This document shows, in pieces, positions 33,582 through 43,556 of a DNA stretch of 64,000 nucleotides. A program made the position numbers and the translations under genes. How positions within the stretch are numbered: the stretch's first letter is position 1; the number at the start of each line of letters is the position of its first letter. Location: positions 2,333,982 through 2,397,981 of the forward strand of contig CBDCFN010000016.1 in the NCBI GenBank assembly GCA_965216315.1, written 5' to 3'. This stretch comes from a bacterium (GTDB taxonomy: Bacteria; UBA10199; 2-02-FULL-50-16; JAJFLM01). Below the pieces are notes generated by a model. It was not told the DNA's origin and did no database searches. It worked only from the letters and a program-made list of their open reading frames with translations.

Positions 33582-34580
33582 ATGCCGCAAGATCTGCCAC
33601 CGGAAATCATCCAGCTCAAAACCAAGATGTCGGGCTGGCTTGAAAATAAGAAAAAATTCATTTGGATTGGTGTCGGATTGGTCGCCCTCTTCTTCCTTAA
33701 GTCAATGTTCTTTTCTGTGGAACCGGATCAAGATGCGGTCATTCAACGGTTCGGCAAATACGATCGAACCTTAGGGCCTGGCCTTCATATGAAACTCCCG
33801 GCCGGCATCGAAAAAGTTACTAAAGTCAGAACGCGTGCTATTCTAAAAGAAGAATTCGGGTTTGCAACGGTTAAAGCCGGCGTGCGTACTCAGTACGATG
33901 ATCGCAATACGAGTTACGAGAAACAGTCCATCATGCTGACCGGTGATCTCAACGTCGCGGACGTCGAATGGATCGTGCAGTACCAAATCGCGAATCCCAA
34001 AGACTATCTTTTCAAGGTCAGAAACGTGCGCCGTAATATCCATGATCTCTCCGAGGCCGTTATGCGTCAAGTTGTCGGCGACCGTTCCGTCAGTGAAGTG
34101 CTGACCTATGGCCGCCCTGAAATCGAGGCCAAAGCAAAGGAACACCTGCAAAAGATCCTGTCTGAATATGAAACGGGGATACAAATTGTCACGGTGAAGC
34201 TTCAAGACGTGAATCCACCAGACCAAGTCAAACCGTCTTTTAACGAAGTTAATGCGGCCAAACAAGAAGCTGATCAACATATTAACGAAGCTTGGAAGGC
34301 CTACAACTCTGTCATTCCGGCAGCACGAGGCAAAGCTGAACAAACCATCGCCCAAGCCGAGGGTTATGCAATCGAATTGATCAACCGCGCCAAGGGTGAC
34401 ACTGAGCGCTTCATCGACCTCCAACGTGAGTATGCTAAGGCCAAAGAGGTGACACGCAAACGACTCTACTTAGAAACCATGCAAGACGTCGCCCAATCCG
34501 TCGACAAGATTTACGTCATCAATCCGGGGCTGAAATCATTGGTTCCCCTCCTTGATATGAGAGGAGCTAAAGCCCAATGA
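33582..34580 (+). CDS. hflK: FtsH modulator HflK
   Basis: SPFH domain, MLTGD.N, VNPP..V. Confidence 0.93.
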   Translation: MPQDLPPEIIQLKTKMSGWLENKKKFIWIGVGLVALFFLKSMFFSVEPDQDAVIQRFGKYDRTLGPGLHMKLPAGIEKVTKVRTRAILKEEFGFATVKAGVRTQYDDRNTSYEKQSIMLTGDLNVADVEWIVQYQIANPKDYLFKVRNVRRNIHDLSEAVMRQVVGDRSVSEVLTYGRPEIEAKAKEHLQKILSEYETGIQIVTVKLQDVNPPDQVKPSFNEVNAAKQEADQHINEAWKAYNSVIPAARGKAEQTIAQAEGYAIELINRAKGDTERFIDLQREYAKAKEVTRKRLYLETMQDVAQSVDKIYVINPGLKSLVPLLDMRGAKAQ

Positions 34581-35527
34581 AGAAGTCACTCATTATAGGA
34601 GTTCTTTTTATACTCGGCTGGGTTGCCTTATCCTCAAGCATGTTCATCGTGTCCGAAGAACATCAGTACGTCATCACGCGCTTTGGTAAACCCGTCAAAG
34701 AAATCCGCGATGCTGGCCTCAACTTCAAAGTTCCCTTCATCGAAAAGGCCGTTCAGATCGAAAAACGCATTGTTGAATGGGATGGTTATCCGAACCAGAT
34801 CCCGACTCGAGACAAGAAATATATTATTGTTGATACGACAGCTCGCTGGCGCATTACGAATCCCACGAAATTCCTTGAAACGGTCCGCACCCCCCGTGGC
34901 GCACAATCACGCCTCGATGACATTATTGATTCGGCAACGCGTGAGGCGATTTCCAGTCACAACCTCGTTGAGGCCGTTCGTAACACCAACCGCATCTTAG
35001 AAGAACGGACCAAGAAAGAAAAAGAAGAAATAGAAGAGAGTGCTGAGACCGAACCCGAACACCTTGAGCTCAAAAGAATTTATGTCGGCCGCGACAAGCT
35101 ACAGCGTGGCATCTTCAAGAGTGCCGCACCAACGATCAAGCAATACGGCATCGAACTCATCGATGTTCGCATCAAGCGACTCAACTATGAGAAGTCAGTC
35201 CAAAAGAAGGTCTTCGACCGCATGATTTCAGAGCGCAAAAGTATCGCCGAAAAACTCCGCTCCGAGGGATTTGGTAAAAAGGCCGAGATCAACGGGCGCA
35301 TGAACCGCGAATTAGACCGCATCCAATCCGAAGCCTACAAAAAAGCCCAGCTCGTTAAAGGGAAGGCGGATGCGGAATCGACATCTATCTATGCCGAAGG
35401 TTACAATCGTGATCCCGAGTTTTACAACTTTACCCGAACGCTTGAGGCCTACCGCAAGACATTAGACGACAAGGTCACGCTGTTTCTCGACACAGATGGC
35501 GAGTTCTTGGAATTGCTCAATGACTGA
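34577..35527 (+). CDS. hflC: FtsH modulator HflC
   Basis: SPFH domain, DVRIKR, RM.SER, DPEFY.F.R.L.AY. Confidence 0.93.
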   Translation: MKKSLIIGVLFILGWVALSSSMFIVSEEHQYVITRFGKPVKEIRDAGLNFKVPFIEKAVQIEKRIVEWDGYPNQIPTRDKKYIIVDTTARWRITNPTKFLETVRTPRGAQSRLDDIIDSATREAISSHNLVEAVRNTNRILEERTKKEKEEIEESAETEPEHLELKRIYVGRDKLQRGIFKSAAPTIKQYGIELIDVRIKRLNYEKSVQKKVFDRMISERKSIAEKLRSEGFGKKAEINGRMNRELDRIQSEAYKKAQLVKGKADAESTSIYAEGYNRDPEFYNFTRTLEAYRKTLDDKVTLFLDTDGEFLELLND

Positions 35528-35771
35528 GTGGTTCGTCTATATTATCCAAACCACAGACAACAGACTTTATACCGGCATCACCACCGACCTCGAACGCCGT
35601 TTCTCCGAACATAAAGAAGGAATCAAGGGAGCAAAGTTTTTTTCAAGCACGGCTCCCAAAAAGATTGTCTTCTCTGAATCCCATCCCGACCGTGCTTCGG
35701 CTACGCGCCGTGAAATAGAAATCAAAAAAATGAGCCGCACGACCAAACTCGCGTTAATTGCCCCAGCATAA
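35520..35771 (+). CDS. GIY-YIG nuclease (UPF0213/YhbQ-like)
   Basis: VYI...LYTGIT.D..RR..EH..GAK. Confidence 0.9.
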   Translation: MTEWFVYIIQTTDNRLYTGITTDLERRFSEHKEGIKGAKFFSSTAPKKIVFSESHPDRASATRREIEIKKMSRTTKLALIAPA

Positions 35772-35822
35772 GGCCTTAAACAATATCAATGACTTAGCGT
35801 CCCATTTTGATACAATCCTCTT

Positions 35823-37142
35823 GTGACGGTTCCTCAAATCATCACTGAACTCCCGGGTCCTAGGGCTAAGGCCCTCATCGAGCGGGACCGTAGGGACGTC
35901 TCTCCTTCTTATACGCGTGATTACCCGCTTGTGGCCGCCAAGGGTCGTGGCTGTTGCATCGAAGACGTCGATGGCAATTTGTTTCTCGACATGACAGCCG
36001 GCATTGCCGTGACCGCCACCGGACACTGCCATCCCAAAGTCGTCGCCGCTATCCAAGCTCAAGCCGAAAAATTAATTCATATGTCCGGCACCGATTTCTA
36101 TTATGAACCGCAAATCGCCCTCGCGGAAAAATTAGCCGCCCTCGCCCCGGGCACAGCCGATAAAAAAGTCTTTTTTTGCAATAGCGGCGCCGAAGCCAAT
36201 GAAGCGGCCATCAAACTCGCACGCTTCCATACAGGGCGCACCCATCTAATCGGTTTTTATGGGGCCTTTCATGGCCGCACCTGCGGGGCGCTCTCCCTGA
36301 CCGCGAGCAAACCGATTCAAAAGCATGGTTTCTTGCCATTGCTTCCGGGAGTCCATCATGCTCCTTATCCCAATCCGCGCCGCTGCCCTCAAGGCACGGA
36401 TCCCGAGGACTACGCGCGTCAATGTGTTCAGTGGATAAAAGAGCAGCTCTTTGAAAAAACCCTGCCGCCGAGCCAGGTCGCTGCGATCATGGTTGAACCG
36501 ATTCAAGGCGAAGGCGGCTACATAGTCCCGCCGCCTAATTTTCATCAGGAACTCCGCACGCTTTGCGACACCCATGATATCCTGCTCATCATGGACGAAA
36601 TTCAGGCGGGTACGGGCCGCACCGGCAAGTTTTTCGCCTGCGAACATTTTGATGTCGTGCCTGATATTATCACGATGGCCAAGGGCATTGCCTCAGGTCT
36701 GCCTTTGGGGGCCATGATCAGCACAGCTGAAATCATGGACTGGCCTCCCGGCGCTCACGCCTCGACATTCGGTGGCAATCCGGTCGCCTGCGCCGCAGCC
36801 CTGAGTACCTTGGAACTCGTTGAAGCGGAGTTGATGGCAAACGCCGCGAAGCAAGGAGAGCTACTCAAGCAGGAACTGAAAAGCCTAAGCCAGCAATACC
36901 CGTGGATCGCCGACGTGCGCGGACTCGGACTGATGATAGCCATAGAAATCGATGGAGATAGTTCGGAGTCCGCCGTCGCGCTAAGAAATAAGATCATCCA
37001 GGCAGCTTTTCACAAGGGGCTCCTCTTATTAGGTTGTGGCAAACAAGCGATACGGTTTTCCCCGGCGCTGATTATTTCTTCAAAAGAAATTCAAACAGCC
37101 ATGAAGATATTTGCCGACGTTTGCAGCGAGGTCGAGCCATGA
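35823..37142 (+). CDS. Class III PLP aminotransferase (GABA/ornithine/lysine type)
   Basis: NSGAEA, FHGRT, EPIQGEGG, DEIQ.G.GRTG, AKG, STFGGN. Confidence 0.92.
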   Translation: MTVPQIITELPGPRAKALIERDRRDVSPSYTRDYPLVAAKGRGCCIEDVDGNLFLDMTAGIAVTATGHCHPKVVAAIQAQAEKLIHMSGTDFYYEPQIALAEKLAALAPGTADKKVFFCNSGAEANEAAIKLARFHTGRTHLIGFYGAFHGRTCGALSLTASKPIQKHGFLPLLPGVHHAPYPNPRRCPQGTDPEDYARQCVQWIKEQLFEKTLPPSQVAAIMVEPIQGEGGYIVPPPNFHQELRTLCDTHDILLIMDEIQAGTGRTGKFFACEHFDVVPDIITMAKGIASGLPLGAMISTAEIMDWPPGAHASTFGGNPVACAAALSTLELVEAELMANAAKQGELLKQELKSLSQQYPWIADVRGLGLMIAIEIDGDSSESAVALRNKIIQAAFHKGLLLLGCGKQAIRFSPALIISSKEIQTAMKIFADVCSEVEP

Positions 37143-38695
37143 CGCAACAGGCACTGGCATGGTTATGCGGCAGTAAAGAAGAGCTGGGATCCGAAACATT
37201 CGTTTCCATCAATCCGGCTCATACCCGTGACACGCTCGGAGCTTTTGCCTGCGCCAATAAAGAACAAATCCGTGACGCCTGCCAAACGGCGGCACAGGCA
37301 TGGCAACAGTGGAAACACATTCCAGCACCGGTCCGTGCCGGTGTTATTGCCAATTTCGGCAAATTGCTTGAGGCTAACAAAGAAAAACTCTCCCAAGTCA
37401 TGACGCGCGAGATTGGTAAACCCATTAAGGAAGCACGAGGTGACGTCCAGGAAGCGATTGATACTTGCAATTTTTTTATAAGCGAAGGTCGTCGACTCTA
37501 CGGCATGACAGTTCCATCGGAACTCCCTAAGAAAGAACTGACGACTTATAGGCGCCCGATCGGCGTGTTTGCCTGTATCACGGCCGGCAATTTCCCGGTT
37601 GCCGTTCCTTCCTGGTACTTTATTCCCGCTTTGGTTGCCGGCAATGTTTGTGTCTGGAAGTGCCCTGAAGATGCTCCCCTAACATCTTACTATTTTGCCC
37701 AACTACTTCATCAGGCGGGATGTCCAACGGGAGTCTTCCAAGTCCTCTTTGGAAAAGGCGCCAATTCAACCGGCCAACTGTTAGTGGAAGCAGTCGAGGA
37801 CAAGCTCATTCAAAAATTCGGTTTCACGGGATCAACCGCTGTCGGACAAACGATTGGAGAAATCTGCGGTCGCAATATGGTCTCGGCCTGCCTGGAACTA
37901 GGCGGCAAGAACCCTCTGGTTGTCCTGGAAGATGCCAATATAGAACTCGCCCTTGAAGGCACCTTGTGGTCCGGCTACGGAACTGCCGGGCAACGCTGTA
38001 CCAGCCTGGGCAATCTTATCTTACATGAAGCGATTCACGATGAGTTCATCGAGAAACTCGTCGAACGGATACGATCTATTAAAATTGGTGATCCGATGAA
38101 TGAATCTATATTGTATGGCCCTATGATCAGCGAAAAATTTATGCAATCCCACTTAAACAACCTGAACACACTCATAGAATCGCATCATCGCGTCCTTACT
38201 TCTCCCAACGGCCGCATTATGGATAAACAAGAATGGCCTCAGTGGAAAGGACGCAACCCGAATGAGGGTTACTTTTGTTTCCCCACGCTTATTGCAGGCG
38301 TGCAACGCGAGGACACTATCTATTCGACTGAAACATTTGGCCCTTTATTTAACGTCATGAAATGCCGTGACCTCAACGATGCACTTCATCTCGCTAATGA
38401 AACCGGTTATGGGCTCTCGTCAGCAATCTATACTCAGAACCCAGAACACATGCATCAATGGAAAGAAGAAATTAGCGCTGGCATGACCAGCATTAACAAC
38501 TCAACGACGGGCGCCGAGGCGCACCTTCCCTTTGGCGGCAACGGACGTTCCGGCAATGGTTCTCGGCAGTCCGGTGTATGGGTGATTGACCAGTTCACCC
38601 GGTGGCAGGCCGTTAACTGGGACCTGAGCGGTCAGCTTCAACTGGCACAGGTGGATACAGGATACATCCAAGCCGATTTAAACTATCGAATCTGA
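37139..38695 (+). CDS. Aldehyde dehydrogenase family protein
   Basis: GNFP, FTGS, LELGGKN, GQRCT, ETFGP, PFGG. Confidence 0.93.
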   Translation: MTQQALAWLCGSKEELGSETFVSINPAHTRDTLGAFACANKEQIRDACQTAAQAWQQWKHIPAPVRAGVIANFGKLLEANKEKLSQVMTREIGKPIKEARGDVQEAIDTCNFFISEGRRLYGMTVPSELPKKELTTYRRPIGVFACITAGNFPVAVPSWYFIPALVAGNVCVWKCPEDAPLTSYYFAQLLHQAGCPTGVFQVLFGKGANSTGQLLVEAVEDKLIQKFGFTGSTAVGQTIGEICGRNMVSACLELGGKNPLVVLEDANIELALEGTLWSGYGTAGQRCTSLGNLILHEAIHDEFIEKLVERIRSIKIGDPMNESILYGPMISEKFMQSHLNNLNTLIESHHRVLTSPNGRIMDKQEWPQWKGRNPNEGYFCFPTLIAGVQREDTIYSTETFGPLFNVMKCRDLNDALHLANETGYGLSSAIYTQNPEHMHQWKEEISAGMTSINNSTTGAEAHLPFGGNGRSGNGSRQSGVWVIDQFTRWQAVNWDLSGQLQLAQVDTGYIQADLNYRI

Positions 38696-38761
38696 CAAAT
38701 TTATCGACCACAATCGACCACATAAGAACAACTAAGCTCATTCTTCGCAAAGTTGTTCTAA

Positions 38762-38806
38762 GTGGATACGGGACACATCCAAGCCGATCTGGATTTTAGA
38801 CTCTAA
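38762..38806 (+). pseudogene. Orphan duplicate of the last 14 codons of the ALDH gene
   Basis: Encodes VDTGHIQADLDFRL* versus VDTGYIQADLNYRI* at 38651-38695. Confidence 0.75.
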
Positions 38807-39882
38807 CGCCCGAACAGTCCCTTGATCTTCGATCCGATGCCTTTTCCGACCTCCTCGATATTACTCGGAACATCTTTGACGAGAGTCTTGGCAAAGCCGC
38901 CGGCAAAGGCACGGCTCAACGAGCTAGAAATGTGGAAATTAGGACTGCGAATATTGCCACTAATCATCGCGTCTAATTCCATCCGCCCTTTATTATCCTT
39001 TAGAGTATCCACAACTCGATTAGAAGCGAAGCCGAGGATAGACGCCTTTTTTGGCTCCACACGTAGGCCACTCAGTACCATGTGAGCCGGAGCCTTAAGA
39101 TAATCATTCTTACATTTAGCATGGCTCGTCATGGCCATGCTGCCGCTGGTTATTCGAACGGGCATACTGCGTTTATTGTAATAAGGTGCGAACGGCGGCA
39201 GAGGCAAACCACTCAACTTAATGTCCGCATCAAATGAAATCTTGGGTGATAAAAAATCGGCCCGGCCCTTCATCTTATATTTCGCCGCTTTATCGATAAT
39301 GAAAGACAGATCGAACTTAGCCGGCAGTGGGTCGCCTTCCGATGGTAAACGCACCCTTTTGACGTCGACTTCAATATCCGAAAGACGCGTTGTTTTGCCG
39401 ACCTTGCCATCCTGAAATTCCACCTTTCCATCGGAAATGATAATGTGCTCCACATCAAGCGGAAGTCGGCGCTCTCCTTTGCCCCGCTTAAATAACGGCA
39501 CTTGTCCACTCAGCTCCCAGTTGCCGCGCTTATTCGTCTTATATGTCATCTGTGGTTTTTTAATGCGAATAAGTAATGCAGGCGGCCGGCCTAAAAATAA
39601 CGGCATAATCTTCAATCCGACGTCAATCTCCTCGACTTCCATTAACGTCTTATCCGGATGCTTGGGATGATACACGGCGAGATCATTGATCGTTACAGAC
39701 CCATTTAATATTTGAAGTTCTGCGCTACTTAGAGACAGCTTCATCTGCAGAACATGTTCCGCCGTTGACCTAGCATACTGCGTTAAAAAGCCACGACTAA
39801 TGATCGGAATAAACAGGATGCAGGCCCCGGCAAATACAAGTGCGCCCATGAAAATGCGATAGAGGAGTCCCTGCTTTGGCAT
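38803..39882 (-). CDS. DUF748/AsmA-like envelope protein
   Basis: N-terminal TM and beta-rich AsmA-like segments. Confidence 0.7.
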   Translation of the reverse strand: MPKQGLLYRIFMGALVFAGACILFIPIISRGFLTQYARSTAEHVLQMKLSLSSAELQILNGSVTINDLAVYHPKHPDKTLMEVEEIDVGLKIMPLFLGRPPALLIRIKKPQMTYKTNKRGNWELSGQVPLFKRGKGERRLPLDVEHIIISDGKVEFQDGKVGKTTRLSDIEVDVKRVRLPSEGDPLPAKFDLSFIIDKAAKYKMKGRADFLSPKISFDADIKLSGLPLPPFAPYYNKRSMPVRITSGSMAMTSHAKCKNDYLKAPAHMVLSGLRVEPKKASILGFASNRVVDTLKDNKGRMELDAMISGNIRSPNFHISSSLSRAFAGGFAKTLVKDVPSNIEEVGKGIGSKIKGLFGR

Positions 39883-40003
39883 GATAAAAGAATTCACGTA
39901 CCAAAGTCACTTCTGTCAAGGGGGAAAAAGGATACATCTGTATCCTTTAACTCGCCCCGAAATCCTTATATACTACCCATAGAAGCGGTGAGCTCGAAAG
40001 CAG

Positions 40004-40795
40004 GTGAAGTCCATGCTCTCTCTGTTGAAGCCGACCTGGTCTCTATTTCTTAAATCATTTCAACTAGCTGCAGTCGTGTTTATTTTGCTGACCCTTATCT
40101 GCCCGGCTCCGGGCTGGGCCAAGCCCAAGAGAATCGGCCACGCGCTTTGTAACGAAAAAGGGTATCAATGTATCACCGTTAAAAAAGGGGACAGCTGGGA
40201 ATCTTTATGGACTAAAGAAGATGAACGCATGTTCGTCAAGCGCATCAATCGACTTAATCTGCGGCTCCGCCCCGGCATGACTTTAGCCGTCCCTAAAAAA
40301 TTCAACAAAAGAACTATTAAAAAAGCGACGCCCTTCCCCAAGAGCATCGGGACTCCCAACGAAAAAATCATTCTCGTTGATCTCACTCAGCTCGCTTGGG
40401 GCGCATATGACAGCAAGGGCAAGTTGGTGCGCTGGGGACCCGCCTCGGGTGGAAAAAATTGGTGCCCCGATGTAGGACGTAGCTGCCGCACCCCTGCCAA
40501 GGAATTCGCCATCAAACGCAAAATTGGTCGCCGGTGCAAATCACGTAAATTTCCTATTGGAAAGGGTGGCGCTCCCATGCCCTACTGCATGTTTTTTTAC
40601 GGCGGGTATGCGATTCACGGGTCCAACAAAGTCCCTGGGTACAATGCGAGTCACGGTTGTGTCAGAACTTTTAAAGAAGATGCCAAGTGGCTCAATGAGG
40701 AATTTGTCGAGCTGCCGGACAAGAAAAACGAACTCCCCGGCACTAAAATTATTATTCTCCCCTATTCGAATCGCGTCGCAACTAACTTACGTTAA
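40004..40795 (+). CDS. L,D-transpeptidase (YkuD family)
   Basis: MPYCMFF, HG....PG..ASHGCVR; signal peptide. Confidence 0.9.
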   Translation: MKSMLSLLKPTWSLFLKSFQLAAVVFILLTLICPAPGWAKPKRIGHALCNEKGYQCITVKKGDSWESLWTKEDERMFVKRINRLNLRLRPGMTLAVPKKFNKRTIKKATPFPKSIGTPNEKIILVDLTQLAWGAYDSKGKLVRWGPASGGKNWCPDVGRSCRTPAKEFAIKRKIGRRCKSRKFPIGKGGAPMPYCMFFYGGYAIHGSNKVPGYNASHGCVRTFKEDAKWLNEEFVELPDKKNELPGTKIIILPYSNRVATNLR

Positions 40796-40906
40796 AACGG
40801 TATAAACAGGCTCAATAGTGCGATTACAGCGTAGAACGGCCAAAAACAGGGGAATTATGACTTGCTTATTCGCGCAACCTATGGCCCTAAAGGCCGATAG
40901 AGTTCA

Positions 40907-41446
40907 ATGATGTTGACTGAATACCTTAGAAAACTAGGAAGATGTTGTCTCCATGGAACGGCCCTTGTGTATTGCCTTGTCACTCTTTCGGGATGTGACA
41001 TTTTTTTGAGCTGTCTTCTGGATGAACGGATGAACCTTAAAACTGATGAACTCCCCGAGGGCATGGTCGGGGAAGAATATCATGCAGAGCTAACGGCATC
41101 TATTAAGAATAGTTTCTGGGACTCCCACTTTGACTATGACTACGAACTTGAGTCCGGCAGTCTCCCCGCCGGCCTAACGCTTCAAGCAGATGGGGATAAC
41201 GCGGTCATTACAGGTATTCCCGAAGAAGAAGGCGTATTTCCGATCGAAATCGAAGTTTTTTCACGCGACCTTGCCTTTATGTCGTCTTATGACAACTGTG
41301 TTGACGCAACTGATGATCGCTCGTTTGACTTAGTCATCGCACCCGCTGACGAAACAGTTGAGCCGCCAGAGAATGACAATGAAGACGAAGAGATCGAAGC
41401 GGTACCCACTGAGGATGAGGACGAGCCCGCGCCCGAAGAGCTATGA
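40907..41446 (+). CDS. Lipoprotein with Ig-like domain and acidic tail
   Basis: LSGC lipobox; LP.G.VG..Y, G.LP.GL.L, I.G.P...G. Confidence 0.65.
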   Translation: MMLTEYLRKLGRCCLHGTALVYCLVTLSGCDIFLSCLLDERMNLKTDELPEGMVGEEYHAELTASIKNSFWDSHFDYDYELESGSLPAGLTLQADGDNAVITGIPEEEGVFPIEIEVFSRDLAFMSSYDNCVDATDDRSFDLVIAPADETVEPPENDNEDEEIEAVPTEDEDEPAPEEL

Positions 41447-42279
41447 CGCGTCCACGTTTCGAACGACTCAAAAACCCCAGCGCTTTTCGGCGTATCGCCA
41501 TCGCTGATTGGAAAGCTCCCAACGACCCGACAGTCTACTTTGCTTTTCCAATCGAATTCAGTCGCGGCAAGACCTGCCTCGAACAGCTAAGCGCTGAGTT
41601 AAACACGAAAATTACCCCGAGCCATCTCGTAGCCAAAGCGGCCGCGTTGACATTAAGGAACTATCCGGAACTCAACGGGATTATTAAATGGCGCCGTATT
41701 TATCTCAGGAAAACAGTCGATATTTTCCTGCAGGTTGCAATTGCTGAAGAGAGACAAGGGGAACAGCCTGATCTCTCCGGCACGAAGATTGAGTCATGTG
41801 ATACTAAAAGCCTCGACCAGATCGCCTTAGAACTCAAAAGAAAGTCACAATCGATTCGTCAGCATAGTGACCCGCAATTTAAGGTCACACTCCGACTTCT
41901 TAAATATTTGCCACCATTACTGCTTTCTGGAATTCTCCGCCTGATTACGTTTATTAGTTTCAACCTCGGTCTTTCCTTCCCTAAATTAGGTATTCCTGAA
42001 GATCCTTTTGGCTCGGCGATGGTAACAAATGTAGGGTCCCTTGGTGTCGCCTCAGGCTTTGCTCCTTTGTCACCAATGAGCCGCGTCCCCTTAGTTATTT
42101 GTGTTGGCTCCGTAGAAGAGCGTCCCTGGGTTGTCGATGGTGAAATCATCGCTCGACCGATATTGGATTTGAGCGTCAGTTTTGATCATCGCTTTATCGA
42201 TGGACTGAGCGGAGCCAGAATGGCTCAATATTTCAAGAAACTCATCGAAGATCCTGCGCCGTGGGCTACTTCGATTTAG
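41443..42279 (+). CDS. Stand-alone 2-oxoacid dehydrogenase E2-like acyltransferase catalytic domain
   Basis: DHRFIDG, TNVGSLG; no lipoyl domain. Confidence 0.85.
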   Translation: MTRPRFERLKNPSAFRRIAIADWKAPNDPTVYFAFPIEFSRGKTCLEQLSAELNTKITPSHLVAKAAALTLRNYPELNGIIKWRRIYLRKTVDIFLQVAIAEERQGEQPDLSGTKIESCDTKSLDQIALELKRKSQSIRQHSDPQFKVTLRLLKYLPPLLLSGILRLITFISFNLGLSFPKLGIPEDPFGSAMVTNVGSLGVASGFAPLSPMSRVPLVICVGSVEERPWVVDGEIIARPILDLSVSFDHRFIDGLSGARMAQYFKKLIEDPAPWATSI

Positions 42280-42625
42280 AGACTGTGACCTTCACCCGCG
42301 CATTCTGGGAATGATTTGTAACCCTAACACTGACACCGCCAAACGCGTTTTCGTAATATTCGGTCGTTCCAGCCTCATTCAGAACAATGCGCCTCTGCTG
42401 GGGTACACCCGCATAATCGGACCATGCCAACACAACGTCTGCCGGCCCCCTGGGCCCTTTATTTTTAATCCGAAACTCCGTATACCCCTTGCGCTGGGTT
42501 TTAAAGATTTCCTCACCGCCCCGAGGAGTCAACTCACCGGCTCCGGCCGTCGGAACGGCTAACACCATCCAACAAGCAAAAACCAACAACCAGTGCATCA
42601 CCTTTATTGTAGTCACGTATCTCAT
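42266..42625 (-). CDS. Hypothetical secreted protein
   Basis: Signal-peptide-like N-terminus; start uncertain. Confidence 0.55.
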   Translation of the reverse strand: MRYVTTIKVMHWLLVFACWMVLAVPTAGAGELTPRGGEEIFKTQRKGYTEFRIKNKGPRGPADVVLAWSDYAGVPQQRRIVLNEAGTTEYYENAFGGVSVRVTNHSQNARVKVTVSKSK

Positions 42626-42644
42626 TCTTGTATAATGTCCACTC

Positions 42645-43556
42645 ATGCTACCATTATACGCTCAAGACCCACATTGGAAGGAATTTTTTCCGGATAGTAA
42701 AGAGCGTCAATTTCTCGAGGATACGATCGAAGAGCAATGGATCGACTCGACAGGTACGCAAATTCATCTCGATATCTACGAACAAGATAAGACAGCCCCC
42801 ACAGTAATTTACTGTCATGGGCTCTCATCCTGTGCACGCATGATGGCACACCTGGTCAGCCCGCTCTATAAAAAGGGCTACAATGTCATCTGCCCCGATC
42901 TCCTCGGTTTTGGCATGACTGTCGCCAAGGAGGGTAGTGGCACCATCGATGAATACGTTAAAAATTTAATCGACTCCGTCAACTACGCTCGCCAAAGATA
43001 TACTGGACCGGTTTATTTGACTGGAATCTCGATGGGCGGTGGACTGAGTTACTACGCTGCTGCCGCGGGGGCCGAGGTTAATACCATTGCATGTCTTTGC
43101 TTGATGGATTTTGCCCATGTCCGGACCCATGAGCTCGCCGTGCTTCACATCTTGCTCAAACCTATTTTTGCAATCGCCTCACGAATTATCCCTCATGCCT
43201 ATGTTCCGATGGGGAAATTTCTAGACATGGACAACTTATGTCCCGACCCGGATATCGTGCGCCTCTTCAGAAACAACCCGTTGGCAACGAAACACTACAC
43301 CGTGCGATCCATGTACAGCATAGCGACGAGCCATCCCGCAATTCCTTTTGAAGAATTCGATCGCGTCCCCGTGCTCGTTCTTCATGCCAAAGAGGACTTG
43401 CTCCTTCCCGAAAGGATATCGATTGAAAGCTACCAGCGACTCGGTGGCGCCAAGGCCTATATTGGACTGGAGAACTGCGGCCATATTCCACTTGAAGACG
43501 AAACTATTGCGAATTATGTATCGGTTCTAGATGACTGGTTCCGTCAACATGCTTAA
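42645..43556 (+). CDS. Alpha/beta hydrolase
   Basis: HG, GFG, GISMGG, D and H catalytic positions. Confidence 0.9.
   Translation: MLPLYAQDPHWKEFFPDSKERQFLEDTIEEQWIDSTGTQIHLDIYEQDKTAPTVIYCHGLSSCARMMAHLVSPLYKKGYNVICPDLLGFGMTVAKEGSGTIDEYVKNLIDSVNYARQRYTGPVYLTGISMGGGLSYYAAAAGAEVNTIACLCLMDFAHVRTHELAVLHILLKPIFAIASRIIPHAYVPMGKFLDMDNLCPDPDIVRLFRNNPLATKHYTVRSMYSIATSHPAIPFEEFDRVPVLVLHAKEDLLLPERISIESYQRLGGAKAYIGLENCGHIPLEDETIANYVSVLDDWFRQHA

Noticed and set aside
35520..35771. GIY-YIG gene as a mobile element linked to the REP-like repeat
   Set aside because: It is a YhbQ-like housekeeping type coupled to hflC and is not flanked by repeats.
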